Positions 1-12,614 of a stretch of DNA of 64,000 nt are shown piece by piece. Numbering within the stretch: position 1 is the stretch's first letter; each line of letters starts with the position of its first letter. Made by a program: the position numbers and the translations under genes. Source of the DNA: an uncultured Verrucomicrobiae bacterium (GTDB lineage Bacteria > Verrucomicrobiota > Verrucomicrobiia > Palsa-1439); assembly GCA_963812605.1 (NCBI GenBank), contig CAWEWF010000004.1, positions 224,001 through 288,000 of the forward strand, given 5' to 3'. Under the pieces are notes generated by a model. The model saw nothing but the letters and a program-made list of their open reading frames with translations, did no database searches and was not told where the DNA came from.

Positions 1-853
1 CGCGCACACCCGGCAGGCCGCGCAATTGGGTTTCCAAAAGCGCGGCGGTCCCGTTCGCGTTTTGCGCGTTCCGCAACCAAGCGCCGTCCTGCAGCAACCC
101 GATCCATTGGGCCGCAAGGAAACGCATCTTGGAGGAAAGTTGGCCTGCCTGCTTGCAACGGTAGAGAAAGTTTTGTGGAAGGTTCTCATTGAAGAACACG
201 ACGGCATCGGCCACCGCCGCGCCGTTTTTGGTGCCGCCGAGACTGAGGACGTCCACCCCAAGTTCCCACGAAATCTCGCGCGGTTTCACACCCAACGTCG
301 CCACGGCGTTCGCGAACCGCGCGCCGTCCATATGCACGTAAAGACCCAGGTCGCGCGCCGTCTTCGAAATCCCGGCCAACTCATCGGGCGTGTACACCGT
401 GCCGAGTTCCGTCGCCTGCGTCAGGCTCACCATGCGCGACATCGACGCGTGCACATCGCGCCGTGATCGTGCCGCGCGCTCGATGGTGTCGGGCGAAAGC
501 TTGCCGTTTTCGCCGCTCACCGGCTGCAGCTTCACGCCGGGCGCAAAGAACCCCGGCGCATTGCATTCGTCGGTCGCCATGTGCGAGTAATCAAAGGCGA
601 TGACGCTGTGATAGGAATCGCACAGGCTCGCGACCGCCAGCGAATTGGCCGCGGTGCCGTTGAAGACAAAGAACACTTCGCAGTCGGTCTCGAAAAGGTC
701 GCGAACAAGATGCTTCGCCTTCTCGGTCCAAGGATCGTCGCCGTAACCGGTCACGTGTCCCGTGTTGGCCTCCGCCAACGCCGCCCACACCTCGGGACAG
801 ATCCCCGAATTATTGTCACTGGCAAAATGCCGCGCGCGTTTCGCTTCGTCCAT
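1..853 (-). CDS. ltaE: Low-specificity L-threonine aldolase (runs off the window edge)
   Basis: Manual translation from ATG at 853: MDEAKRARHFASDNNSGICPE...GYGDDPWT...FFVFNGTAANSLA...TQATELGTVY...HMDGARFANA...SLGGTKNG. Absent from the ORF track because no stop falls in the window. Confidence 0.9.
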   Translation of the reverse strand, partial: MDEAKRARHFASDNNSGICPEVWAALAEANTGHVTGYGDDPWTEKAKHLVRDLFETDCEVFFVFNGTAANSLAVASLCDSYHSVIAFDYSHMATDECNAPGFFAPGVKLQPVSGENGKLSPDTIERAARSRRDVHASMSRMVSLTQATELGTVYTPDELAGISKTARDLGLYVHMDGARFANAVATLGVKPREISWELGVDVLSLGGTKNGAAVADAVVFFNENLPQNFLYRCKQAGQLSSKMRFLAAQWIGLLQDGAWLRNAQNANGTAALLETQLRGLPGVR

Positions 854-972
854 GAGCACCTCCCGGTTCAGTCACCCTACTCTGCCCGAAATCATCCCGA
901 CATTCCAGCCAAAGCGTCACGTGTTGCTGGCGGCTTGAATCACACGCCGGTCGCCGTTAGACTCCGCGGCCA

Positions 973-3900
973 GTGACCACGAATACTCCCGAACGACCCT
1001 GGCGGCGCGGTTTCTGGAGTCTGATCGTCACGCAGTTTCAGGGCGCGTTCAGCGACAATGCGTTGAAGACGGTGGTCACCTTTTTCGGATTGAGTCTCGC
1101 GCTCCCGGCGTTTTGGCACAAATCGCTGCTGCCCATCGCGACCGGTGTATTTTCCCTCCCTTTTATCCTGTTTTCGATGACGGGCGGCTTCCTCGCCGAC
1201 CGTTACAGCAAACGCACGGTCACCATCGGCGTGAAAGTTTTCGAAATCGCGATCATGTCCTTTGTGACCGCCGCCTTTCTCTTGGGAAATCTCTGGATGG
1301 GAATGACCGCGATTTTCCTCATGGGCACGCATAGCGCCATCTTCGGGCCTTCGAAGTACGGCTCGCTGCCGGAACTTTTGCCCGAGAAAAAACTGTCCTG
1401 GGGCAATGGCATCCTGGAATTGGGCACGTTCCTCGCCATCATCCTCGGGGCGGCGGCAGGCGGTTTTCTTTTCGGCGCGTTCAAATGGCAATTGGCCCGA
1501 ATCGGACTCGTCCTGGTCGCCCTGGCGATTCTCGGGCTGGCCACGAGTTTGGGCATCACGCGCGTGCCCGCGGCGGCCCCCACACAAAAATTCAACCGAA
1601 ACTTTCTCGGCGATTTATTCTCGCAGATTCGATTGATGCGACAGGATCGGGTGCTCTGGCTGGCCTGTCTGGGTAACATTTATTTCTCGTTCGTTGGCCA
1701 GCTCGTTTTCCAGGGTGTGTTCGATCTTGGCGACCGGCTGCGCATCGGCGAGCAGAACACCAGTTTGCTCGTCGTCTCCCTCGCCCTGGGTATCGGCCTG
1801 GGCAGCTACGCGGCCGGCTGGCTTTCCGGCGGCAAAATTGAGTATGGCCTGGTGCCGCTCGGCGCGCTCGGCTTGACGGTCTTCAGCTTCGTGCTCGGGC
1901 GACCCAACCAAACGTTTCACTCCCTCTGGCCGCTGCTCGGCGCGCTCGGATTCTTCGGCGGCTTTTTCATCGTGCCGATCTCCGCGCTGCTCCAGCACCG
2001 CCCCAGCAAGGAACAACGGGGCGCGGTCCTTGCGGCCTGCAATCTCCTCTCGTTCGTCGGCATTTTCGCGGCGGCGGGCGTGTACTGGGTGCTGACCTCG
2101 CCGCTCAACCTCACACCGCGCCACATGTTCATCGTGACGGCGATCATGACAGTGGTCGCGACGGTGTACGTGGTTTGGCTGTTGCCGGATTCGCTGCTCC
2201 GCCTGTTCGTGTGGGCCTTCACCCATTCCGTTTATCGGCTGCGCGTCGAGGGACGTGACAACATTCCCGAAAGAGGCGGAGCGTTGTTCGTCTGCAATCA
2301 CGTTTCGTTCGTCGATGCGCTGCTATTGATCGGTTCCACCGACCGGATGATCCGCGCGCTTATCTTTAAGGACATTTACGACCATCCGCTCGTCAAGCCG
2401 TTCGCGAAGGCGATGAAAGCGATTCCCATTTCGTCGCAACTGCGTCCGCGCGAAATGATCAAATCCTTGCGCGAAGCGAGCGAGGCGATCAAAAACGGCG
2501 ATGTCGTCTGCATTTTCGCCGAGGGGCAGATCACGCGCATCGGCCAAATGCTCCCCTTCCGCCGCGGCTTCGAGCGTATCATGAAGGACGTGGACGCGCC
2601 GATCATCCCGATCTGCCTCGACCACGTCTGGGGCAGCATTTTCAGCTATGACAAGAAGCGGTTCATCTGGAAAATGCCCCGATACATCCCCTATCCCGTC
2701 ACCGTCAGCTTCGGCAAACCGATGCCGCCCACGTCGACGCCGTTCGAGGTGCGCCAACGCGTGCAGGAACTCAACACCGAAGCCTGGCAACACCGTAAAA
2801 AGTTGATGATGACCGTTCCGCGCGCTTTCGTCCGCAAAGCGCGGCATCATCCCCGCCGCTTCTTCATGGCCGACGCGCGCGTTCCGAAACTGCGCTTTCG
2901 GCGCGGCGCTGACGCGCACGATCTTGCTCGCCCGACGGCTTCGCCCCGTGTGGGCAGGGCAGGAAATGGTCGGCATTCTCATGCCGCCGTCCGTGGCGGG
3001 CGCGCTGGTGAATTACGCGGCGTTGCTCATGGGCAAAGTGCCGGTGAATCTCAATTACACGGCCAATGATGAAGTGCTCGCGTCTTGCGCCCGCCAGTGC
3101 GGACTGCAAACGGTCGTCACCTCCAGGGCGTTTCTCGACAAACTCAAAATCACCGTCCCCGGCCAGACCGTTTTGCTGGAAGAACTCGCCGACAAACCGC
3201 GACTCGGTGAGAAGATTGTGGCGGCATTGATGACCTGGCTGTTACCCTTCCGCTGGCTGGAGCGCGCGCTCGGTCGCAAAAAGAAGGGGACTCTCGACGA
3301 CCTGGTCACAATCATTTTCTCCAGCGGCAGCACGGGCGATCCCAAGGGCGTGATGCTCTCCCACTACAACATCATCTCGAACGCCGAGCAGATGGGGCAG
3401 ACATTCGCGTTTGGCGGACAGGACCGCGTCCTCGGCGTCCTGCCGTTTTTCCATTCGTTTGGATTCACCGGAACGCTGATCGTGCCCGCCGTGCTCGGGG
3501 TCGGCGTGGTTTATCATGTCAGCCCGCTCGACGCCAAAGTGATCGGCGCGCTCGTGCGCCAATATCGCGTGACCTTCCTCCTCGCCACGCCGACATTTCT
3601 CCAGATGTACAACCGCGGTTGCGAACCCGAGGATTTCGGCAGCCTGCAATTCGTGATGACGGGCGCGGAGAAACTGCCCGACCGCGTGGCGCAGGCGTTT
3701 GAGGACAAATTCGGCATCCGCCCGCTCGAAGCCTACGGCCTCACCGAATGTTCGCCGGCGGTGACGGTGAACACGCGCGACTTTCGCGCCGCGGGCTTCC
3801 GCCAGGTCGGCGCCAAGCGCGGCAAGATCGGCCATCCACTGCCCGCCATCAGCGTGCGCGTCGTCGATCCCGACACCTTTCAACCGCTGCCCGTCGGCCA

Positions 3901-4381
3901 GCCCGGCCTGCTGCTGATCCGCGGACCGAACGTGATGAAAGGCTATCTCGGCAAGCCCGAGAAGACGGCGGAAGTTTTGCGCGATGGCTGGTATGTCACA
4001 GGCGACATCGCCGCGCTCGATGAGGACGGCTTCCTGACCATCACCGATCGCCTCACCCGCTTCAGCAAAATCGGCGGCGAAATGGTCCCGCACATCAAGA
4101 TCGAGGAGAAACTCCACGAACTCGCGGGCGTCACCGAGCAAACTTTTGCGGTCACCGGCGTGCCCGACGAAAAGAAAGGTGAACGCCTCGTCGTGCTGCA
4201 CACTCTCAACAACGTCCAACTCCAACCCGTCCTCGAAAAACTCAGCGCCTCCGATCTCCCCAACCTCTGGAAACCGCGCCCCGACCAGTTCTTTCACATC
4301 GACGCTCTTCCCTATCTCGGCACCGGCAAACTCGACTTGCGCAAAGTGCGGGAAACCGCCTTAAAGTTTTCGAGTGTGTAG
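973..4381 (+). CDS. aas: MFS lysophospholipid transporter / acyltransferase / acyl-ACP synthetase fusion; one frameshift near 2897
   Basis: MFS N-terminus (TQFQGAFSDNALK), PlsC motif NHVSFVD, AMP-binding IIFSSGSTGDPKGV and YGLTE. Removing one T in ctttcggc joins ORF 973-3069 to 2924-4381 (KLRFGAALTRTILLARRL). Confidence 0.9.
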
Positions 4382-4384
4382 CTG

Positions 4385-6357
4385 TCAGTTCCCCGTCGGG
4401 CTTTTCGGCAAAAGACGCGCGATCACTATGAGCAACACCAGCACCACCATGCTGAGCGCCGCCCAGAAAATGACGTTCTTGGTGCCGGAAACCTGGAAAA
4501 ACTCGCCCACTCCCGATTTTTTCAAGGGCTCCTCGGCCGCTAACGAAGCGACCGACTTCTCTTCCGCCAACAATCGCGGCGCGATCAAGTCGAGATCGTA
4601 CTGCGGGGCACCAACGTCGCGGTTACCGTAATAAAGGTAGGTTCCGGCTCCAGCGGCGACTTGAAGAGCACGCGAGTCACTGGATGAAAAAACTGAATGC
4701 CGGTGAGTTCAATCGGCGGATTGTCGCCGTTGTCCGCTTCCAAAATCAGAGTATCCGTCAAGGGGCGGGTGTTTACGACCAGTTCCAGTGGCGTTTTCGT
4801 CGCCGGCAGCGTGTGCACCCACATGGCCTGGCCGAGTTGACGGTCGTATTTCTCGCCGCGATCGTCCGCCGGTTGCTCGTAGAGCGTGACCTGGCGGCGG
4901 AACAGTGCGCTCGTTGATTCGGCGGTCAATCGCACGATCGGCAGGTTCGTGAACGGCAGTTTGACGCGCCAGCGACTGACCGTGGGGCGTTTCGGATCAT
5001 TCGCCGACGATACTTCCGGGACGAGCTTCCGCGAAATCGAAGTGCGCTCCAGAATATACGGACGTTGTTTGCCATCGCGCAGCAACCGCAGGTCCTGAAA
5101 GGTTGCATCGGCGCGTGCCAACACATCCAGGTCCAGATCAAGCTGCTGGACGCCCGCATGCGTTAACTTGACGGCCTTGCGATACCCCCACTCCCCCGTG
5201 TCGAGCGCGGTCCCCAAATCCTGGATCTCCGGCAGGGATTCGGTGGGATGGTAGGATGGGTTGGTCGCCAGCATGCTGAGCGACAACAATGTGATCGGGA
5301 CACTGGGCGCTGAGGCAAGCGTCCCGCCAAGTCCCGTCAGATCATAGCGCGGGGCGGGGCAACGCGGATTGCCGGTGATCACCTGGTACGAACCGGCCTG
5401 TTGCGCCAAAAACACCGCGAACACCGGTCGCCGGGTCACCCGCACGGCGGAAATCTGCAATGGCTGGCTGTCGGCATTGTCGATCAGGACCAACAGTTCG
5501 CGCCCTTCCACCGCCAGATCGAGCGGCAGATCCAGCCGCTCCGCGCGTTTGAAGCCTTCAATATCCACCCGGTAAATTGTGTCACGGGCCAGCGTGCGCT
5601 CCGTGATGGCATTCTCCGCCACCTGCCGCACCGCCAGCGTGACAGGACGCGTGAACAACGGCTCGGTCGTCGCCAAGCGCAGCGACGCCAACGTGAGATG
5701 TGCCGCGCCAAGATCGAGCGTCAACCGTGTCTGACCTTCACTTTCGGTGCGGTCCGTGATGGTAACGGGCAGGGATTCACTGGGTGCGGCGCCCTCGGTC
5801 ACGGCGTGCAATTTCGCCCCGGTGAACGGGATCGACTCTGCGCGCCGATCATCCACCGTCATGCGCAGAAACGGCCACGAACTTTCCGGAAACTCCACCC
5901 GCAACTGGTTCGCGCCATTCGGCTGCCGAAAAATCGGCTGGCCACCGGCCAGCGGTCGCCATGTGTGCTGGTCGTTAGAGCCTGCGACTGCCACCGCCTT
6001 GATGAACCCGACGGCCGGAGTTTCGAGCACCAGGGAATCGAGTATCAGCGACGAACCGGTTTCCAGCGTGATGACCGTGGCTTGCCCGCCAAGATTGACA
6101 TTGAATTTTTTGGGGCTGAATACCGCCGTCGTGCTGCGGACCGGGCGTTCAATGAGGTACGGCACCTCCCGGCCCGCGCTGTCGAAAATGCGCAGGTCCT
6201 CCAGCCCGGGCCGCGCCGCGTCAATAGTTTCGACCGGGAGATTTAATTTGATCAGTCCCGTCCGGGTTACATCAAATTGTTGCGCGTTCTTCCAATCGGC
6301 CGGCAACTCGGCAAAAACCGCGAGCGTGGTCAGGAAATAAATCAGGAGCGTCCTCAT
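4385..6357 (-). CDS. DUF3999-like secreted protein with C-terminal membrane anchor; frameshift near 4643
   Basis: Signal peptide, repeated DLRIFDSAGREVPYLIE / DLRLLRDGKQRPYILE, NGDNPPI, GNPRCPAPRYDL. Alternate frame continues YLYYGNRDVGAPQYDL into ORF 4385-4588 ending in a TM helix. Usual partner of DUF2339. Confidence 0.7.
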
Positions 6358-9300
6358 TTGGCCTTCACTTCCGCGGCCACGAACCGCTGGTACAGGAACG
6401 ACGACACCAACAGGACCACCGCCACGCCGACGAACGCGCCGATGCGCTGCAACTGCCCCAACTGGCCCAGGTCGTGAAAGAAAAGTTTCAGCAAGGTGAC
6501 GCCGATCAACGCCAGGCTGGCGTATCGTACCGCCGGCAGTTTTTTTGCGATGCCGAACACCAACAGCACCAACCCGAACAACGCCCAGGCAATCGAGTAG
6601 GTCATGTCGCGGGTGAAGTTGCCGGAGAATTCAAAGGTCAACACGTGGGAACCAGGAGCTGTGAAATAATCGGCGATCTCGATGTTCAACAGCAGGAACG
6701 CTAAGATGGTTCCTAATGTTGCCAGCACCACTTGTGCATTGCGTCCCAGCACTTCCTGTCGTGGCGGCGCGAGCAGTCGCGAGCCCACGAAGAGGCAAAG
6801 GGCGGTGAGGCCATAGGCATAGAGAAACCAGTTCAGGATCGGCGTCGCCGAGCGCGCATGATACTCCAGCACCGCGGGGTTCAACGCCAGCCGCGCAAAC
6901 GCCGCGCACAACAATCCCACGCCCACCAGCCGCAGCCCCGGATGTGGCACCCGATGGAACAGCCAAAGCAACGCCGTCCCTTCCAGGGCCCAGCCGATGG
7001 TGATCCACTGGCGCTCGAATTGGATGGGGAAAATCAGCGTGATGAAAAACAATGTGGCGCCGCCGAACCACGCCAGCAGCGCCAGTCGTTGCTGGCCCTG
7101 GGTGCGCAGGAGCACCAGCAGCCCGATCAGCGGCGGTAACGCGAACGCTGCCGGCAACAGTCCCATCATCGGGTTCGGCCAGGCCGCGTTCACCAGCCGA
7201 TACACCAACGTAAAATGCGCCGGCCCCGCCAGCGCCGAGACGGCCCATGGCACGACCCGGTTTTCCAATTCCTTGCGAAAGAGAAACGGGAAGATCGTGA
7301 ACACCGCCGTGAACGCCAAATACCAAATCAGCGGCAGCATGGCGGCTTCCGCCTTGAATCGCTGTTCATGCCATGCGTATTCCAGCGCCACGCTGCACAC
7401 GAGGCCGATCGCCGTCAGCCACTCCGCTCCTGTCCACCGCGCCACGCCCAGCAACAACACGACCAATAACATCGCCAATCCAAACACGGGTGACGGATTC
7501 GTCAACGGCATCCGCAACACCACCATGATCAGCAGCAAAAATGGCAGGATGGCGGAGAGCGCCGGGATCTGTGCCTGCACGTTGTCAGACAGGAACGGTA
7601 GCGGAGGTAGCAAGGGCAGGTCCACCCCGCTTCCCGCCGGTTTGAGCGCCATCCGTCGCGCCGCAAAAACCCCAACGGCAAAGAACACCAGCGCAAATCC
7701 GCCGATCACGACCAGCACATCCGGCACGCCGCTCGCCACGGCCGGTGCCTTGAACAGCCAGACCATGGTTGCGCCGAGCGTCAACACCAATGCGCCGATG
7801 ATCGCCAGCACGGACGCCGTCACGAGCGCCAGCGCGAACACGATGACATCCAGCGCGAGAACGCACAGCCAGACCAGCCAACCCAGTTCCGGGCAATTTC
7901 ATCACCGGAATCATAACGAGCGCCAGCGCCAGCAATGGAAACAGATGACCCCACCAGACCGGCATGGCCCCGGGCCGCAAGCGTTGCAGGACGATGGGAA
8001 AGGCTGTGTGCAGGATGGCAAACAACAGGTAGAACCCCAGCGCCCAGTTCAGCAGCGGACCCGACACGTAACTGACCGTCCAGATCGACAGCAACAGGAA
8101 CGCCGCGCCCCCAGCCGCCAGATGCGCGGGCGCCAGGGCATTCCGCAAAACGGCCATCGTCAGCAACCCAAGATCCGCCACGAGCACGAAAGTGAAGACG
8201 ATCCACGGTTTGGCCCCGAGTTCACCAAACGACAGCAGATACAGCGTGAATACCAGCGGGGCGAATGCCATGCCGATGGTCGAGGCGCTGACCCATGGGT
8301 CGTCGCGATCGGTCACCACAAATGCCAGCGAAAAGAGCGCTTCGAACCCAAGGAAGACGCCCATGGCGATGAACACTTTCGTCACCGCGAAGAACTTGAC
8401 GGTCCAGGCGATCTGCATCAACACCGTGCCCGTCGCGGCGAGCAGGACAAGGTAGTTCCAGTGTTTGCGAGCGACCACCGCGATGAGGCCGGCATCGAGC
8501 AGCGCGAGGTAGCTGAAAAGGCCGAGCGGGTTGTCCTTGCCGGTCGAAAGCAGTACCGGCGTCAGGAAACCGCCGAGCAATCCGAGAATTGCCACCACCT
8601 GCGCATCCAGCCGCACTGCCAGCAGGAAAGCCACTGCCGTCACCAGCACCATCAGGGCGAACGCCGGGATCACACCGATGAAATGGTAGAAAGCGTGCGA
8701 GGCAAAGATGTTTGCGTACAGGGCCAGCACACCCGTCGCGCACAAGGTCTGGCCAAGCACGGAATAGTCACGACCCGCGAGCACCAGACCGCCGATCAAA
8801 AGACACACGCCGATGACATACCCGATCGCCACGCGAATTTCCGGGCTGACCAAATTGTTGTCGAAGGAGTATTTCACAAAAAAGGCGAGACCAAGGAACA
8901 ACGCCAACCCGCCGATCCAGGCAAACAACTTCACTCCCATAAACTGTTCCCAGTCAATAGATGGCAGGCTCTCCTGCGGCAGACGCGGCGCGGGCTGCGC
9001 ACTGACCGGAGGTAAATCCTCCCGAGGCGATGCCGGAGCCGGCGATGGCGCAATGGGTGGGGGCGCGACAATTGGCCTCTCTGTTTCCAATACACGTGGA
9101 GGCGCGGGTTGTGGCGGAAGTTTCCCCAGCGGAGGCGGCAACGTCGCGGCCCGGACCGGCGGTGCAACGGGAGGAGGCTGGCTGGTGCTGACCGTGTCGC
9201 GGCCCTGGAGTTCATTCCGCAGTTGGCGCACTTCAATCTTGAGGGAATCAAGCCGCGCCTCAAGCTCGCGGACACCGCGGTCCGCCCGCGAGGCTTTGGT

Positions 9301-9372
9301 CCCGATCCAAACAAACAATGTGATGGGTACTCCGAAGACGAGCAGCAATAGCAACAGTACTATGCCTGGCAT
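6354..9372 (-). CDS. DUF2339 polytopic membrane protein; frameshift near 7885
   Basis: WEQFMGVKLFAWIGGLALFLG...FFVKYSF, GGFLTPVLLSTG and C-terminal KLFFHDL..L..LQRIGAFVG motifs across ORFs 7585-9438 and 6354-7841. Confidence 0.85.
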
Positions 9373-9405
9373 GCTGACCTCCCCTTGCTGACAACTGGAT
9401 GAAAA

Positions 9406-9482
9406 TGGAGCGAGCGAAGGGATTTGAACCCTCGACATTCACGTTGGCAACGTGACGCTCTACCAGACTGAGCTACGCTCGC
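9406..9482 (-). tRNA. tRNA-Gly (GCC)
   Basis: Reverse complement GCGAGCGTAGCTCAGTCTGGTAGAGCGTCACGTTGCCAACGTGAATGTCGAGGGTTCAAATCCCTTCGCTCGCTCCA folds as a cloverleaf with GCC anticodon and encoded CCA. Confidence 0.96.
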
Positions 9483-9572
9483 TTCCGTTGGAGACGAAAA
9501 AGAAAATAGCAAATCTTCCACCGACTGCAAGACCCAAAATCATGGGCGGTGTCCCAATTTGCATCCGCCAAC

Positions 9573-9636
9573 TGTAGCCGAAGCGTAAGCTTCGGGAATC
9601 CGCATTGCTACCACCGAAGCTTACGCTTCGGCTACA
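9573..9636. repeat. REP doublet (REPIN-like) of the GTAG family
   Basis: tGTAGccgaagc-gtaa-gcttcgg (9573-9595) and its exact inverted copy (9614-9636). Confidence 0.8.
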
Positions 9637-9728
9637 AAACACGAACGATGAGCAATGCGGCAAATTAAGACACTACCAAATTACGCGGATAATTGCGTTT
9701 CTTAAGACGGCATGCGAGGATTCGACGG

Positions 9729-11090
9729 ATGTCCTTGCGAAAACAACTGGCTGGCCTCGCCCTCGCGGCACTCGCTACCGGGGCGGTGACTGTCGCGCGT
9801 GCACAAAACATTTCTTCCTCTCCCGAATTGGACCAACTGCTCGATGACGCCGGCCGTGTTTGGACTTTCACGGCGAGCGACTTCGCCGGTTCGCAATCAG
9901 CAAATGGTTTCCGCTGGACCAGCGTCGCGACGAAGGATGTTGCGCGCTCCACAGATCCCCAACTCACTTTTGCCGGATTGCGCGTCTGGGAAGCGCTCGC
10001 CCGCTTCGAGAGCGGGACGTTGAAGGAGCTGTCGCTTTCCCTCTACAACCGTGGCGACGCGGGCACAATGCCCGAGGATAAATTCCTGCAGCTCCTGGCG
10101 TCGATCGACAAGTCCGTCACCGCGTGGTCGGGAATGCGAGGCAGTGGATTCAAGAGCGAGGAGCGTACGACATCGATCACCGTCATGCGCAAAGCCTGGG
10201 TCAAAGGGCCGCACCGTGTGGACATGGTCTGGAGTTTCACTGAAAAAAGCCTCGAACAAGGGGTGGCCGCCAATCGTCCCGAGTATGCGCGGCTGGAGAT
10301 CACGCAGTTTGATCCCGCCAACGACCCGCGCCACCTGATCGCCACGTCACTCGACAGCCGGATGCGCATCCTGACCGCCCCTGATTTGCGGGCGCGCGTC
10401 TTCCACGCACCCGGCGGCGATGTGCTCATCCGCGGCGTGCCAATGGTCGACCAGGGGCCGAAGGGCTATTGCGCCGCGGCGGTTGCTGAAAGACTGTTGC
10501 GCTATTACGGCAAGGAAGTGGACCAGCACGAAATCGCGCAGATGGCGAATACGACCGCAGGCGGCGGCACCTCGCCGCAAGCTATGATCAAGGCATTACG
10601 CCGCATCAGCGACGAACTGAAGCTCGACGTGACCGTGCACCAGGATTTTGATGTCTACCAATTTGAGAAACTAATCAAGGACTACAATCGCTCCGCCAAA
10701 ACCTCCCACGCCTCACCGATCCAACTCAGTCTTGCGGGACCAATTGAGTTGCCACAAATCTACGGTGAAATGGACACCGATATCCTCCGCGAGGCGCGAC
10801 GACAGCAGGATGCGGACATGACCGCGTTCAAGACCACGGTGGTCAAGTACGTCGACAACGGCGTGCCCCTGGCCTGGAGCGTGATGTGCGGCAAGGTTCC
10901 CGAGACGCCGCCCGTGCACGGCATCGGCGGCCACATGCGCATCATCATCGGTTATAACAGCCGCACCGGGGAAATCCTGTACTCAGATAGTTGGGGTCCC
11001 GGGCATGAACTGAAGCGCCTGCCGCTGGCGGACGCGTGGACGATGACGCTCGGCCTCTACACGGTCCAACCGCGCGACATCCACTTCTGA
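9729..11090 (+). CDS. Secreted papain-like cysteine peptidase (C39-like)
   Basis: Signal peptide; DQGPKGYCAAA (Cys), GGHMRIIIGYN (His), ILYSDSWG (Asp). Confidence 0.75.
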   Translation: MSLRKQLAGLALAALATGAVTVARAQNISSSPELDQLLDDAGRVWTFTASDFAGSQSANGFRWTSVATKDVARSTDPQLTFAGLRVWEALARFESGTLKELSLSLYNRGDAGTMPEDKFLQLLASIDKSVTAWSGMRGSGFKSEERTTSITVMRKAWVKGPHRVDMVWSFTEKSLEQGVAANRPEYARLEITQFDPANDPRHLIATSLDSRMRILTAPDLRARVFHAPGGDVLIRGVPMVDQGPKGYCAAAVAERLLRYYGKEVDQHEIAQMANTTAGGGTSPQAMIKALRRISDELKLDVTVHQDFDVYQFEKLIKDYNRSAKTSHASPIQLSLAGPIELPQIYGEMDTDILREARRQQDADMTAFKTTVVKYVDNGVPLAWSVMCGKVPETPPVHGIGGHMRIIIGYNSRTGEILYSDSWGPGHELKRLPLADAWTMTLGLYTVQPRDIHF

Positions 11091-11100
11091 GAGGAGACCA

Positions 11101-12216
11101 TCAGCGCGCAGCGTCGCCCGCTGCCTTGTTCGTCGCGTCTTTTTCAACCTTTGCGGCGGGCGTTGTCGGACTTTCCTGACCGATTCTTTCCAACCAAATC
11201 TCACTCCAAAACGAGAAGATGCTGCGCGGACAAAAATAGCGATGTTCACTGTATTTTGCCTGGCAGATCGCGCCTTCCAGTATCAGTGGTTCCGACTTGA
11301 GGTGCAGCATCTTGCCGGTCCGTTCATCGATGACCTGCTTGACCCGCGACCGCACGCGAAATTCACGGCCACAGTACGGCACGAGTTCGGCGTCCCAATA
11401 CAGACCCCGATTCAGGCATCGCGAATTCAGGGTGTCCCGAACCGCATCAAAGCTCTTCACCCGAACCATCTCACCGGGCTGGAGGTTCAGGTTGACGGCG
11501 GGTGTTCGTGTGCCTTCGGGGACCCGGCCCGCCGCGCGCGGATGACACGGTCTCCCACGAGCTTTCTGGACCGCGTCGTAAAGGCCGTTGAGTATCCTTT
11601 GCACCCGCCCTCGTCGCAAATTCATCAAGACGTTGAAGGTGGCGTAACACATTACGCCCAACATCGACTTCAGGCCGACGTTGCCGGACGTGTAATCTTC
11701 CCAGTATTGCCGCAAATCCCACCACGGCAGCGGAGGACCGGCTTGTAGCATCTGCGTCGCCTGGCATCTATAGACCGGTTCACCGCCCGTCGTGTCGTCG
11801 GTCTTGCACGTATACGACTCCACGTCCGCCTCCGTGCAACCGGGACTGCTGAGAGTCGAGACGATGGCGTTGCGCCCCGGCGTGCCGCTGACCCGCTTCA
11901 CCCAGGCTTCCTTCCAGAAAATCAAACATTCCGCCTGGCAACCACCATGCGCCTGACCGTTGCATCGGATATTCTCCAGGTGCACGGCATTCGCGATGCG
12001 CTGGCTGCCGGAGTACTTGATGGTGTCGCAGGTTTTATGGGCGCGCTTGTAAACCCGCAGTTGCTGGCCGCAAAACGCGAACATCTCCGGCATGAAAGGC
12101 AGGTTATCGAGGCAGCCGTTCTTGTCGAGCGTGGAAAGGATTTCTTCCCGGCTTCGGACTTCCACCAACTCGCCAGCCTTCAGAGCCAGACTTCGCTCAA
12201 TTGCTTCGCTACTCAT
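11101..12216 (-). CDS. Conserved hypothetical protein with two homologous SH3-like Cys-rich domains
   Basis: LKAGELVEVRSREEILSTLD...C..HGGCQAECLIFWKEAWV is repeated as LQPGEMVRVKSFDAVRDTLN...C...FCPRSIFSFWSEIWL. AGGAG RBS precedes the ATG at 12216. Confidence 0.75.
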   Translation of the reverse strand: MSSEAIERSLALKAGELVEVRSREEILSTLDKNGCLDNLPFMPEMFAFCGQQLRVYKRAHKTCDTIKYSGSQRIANAVHLENIRCNGQAHGGCQAECLIFWKEAWVKRVSGTPGRNAIVSTLSSPGCTEADVESYTCKTDDTTGGEPVYRCQATQMLQAGPPLPWWDLRQYWEDYTSGNVGLKSMLGVMCYATFNVLMNLRRGRVQRILNGLYDAVQKARGRPCHPRAAGRVPEGTRTPAVNLNLQPGEMVRVKSFDAVRDTLNSRCLNRGLYWDAELVPYCGREFRVRSRVKQVIDERTGKMLHLKSEPLILEGAICQAKYSEHRYFCPRSIFSFWSEIWLERIGQESPTTPAAKVEKDATNKAAGDAAR

Positions 12217-12253
12217 CGCTCCTAGTAAGGTTTTTCGTTGACCTTGGGCACAC

Positions 12254-12282
12254 ACTATAAGGCCGAGGGTAGGGGTTGTCCA
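12254..12282 (-). promoter_or_regulatory. sigma70-type promoter for the 11101-12216 gene
   Basis: TGGACA-N17-TATAGT on the minus strand. Confidence 0.5.
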
Positions 12283-12396
12283 TATCGGCAATGGGAAAGC
12301 GAAGCGCATCAACTGATTACCGGAAGCCGGATGAACTGTATGGCGGAATGAACACTTCCGCCGGTGGTGGACAGCTGCGAGATACAAAAAGAAAAA

Positions 12397-12446
12397 TGCG
12401 GGCGGAGGGACTCGAACCCACACGGATCTCTCCACAGGCTCCAAGG
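12397..12446 (-). pseudogene. Displaced 3' half of a tRNA-Leu (att-like scar)
   Basis: Shares a 23-bp core cggagggactcgaacccacacgg with the tRNA at 12615-12699. Similarity stops at the anticodon loop and no matching 5' half is present. Confidence 0.75.
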
Positions 12447-12614
12447 TGGTTTTTGGCGGTTTTACCCAACTTCCCACACCCCAAGCAAATCTCGATTTCG
12501 CTCAATCTTTACAAAGGTTCCGAGACGTTTTTCGGAGTGGCTTAAAAGTGCAGACAGAAGCTCAAATCGCAAGGTCGAGTGCAAAAAACGGGTTGCAACC
12601 AGTCAAAGGGAAGA

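Noticed and set aside
6997-9015. Long antisense ORFs (also 55014-56750, 60083-61411, 49799-50959 and others)
   Set aside because: Shadow ORFs opposite well-supported genes in high-GC DNA, with no recognisable motifs.
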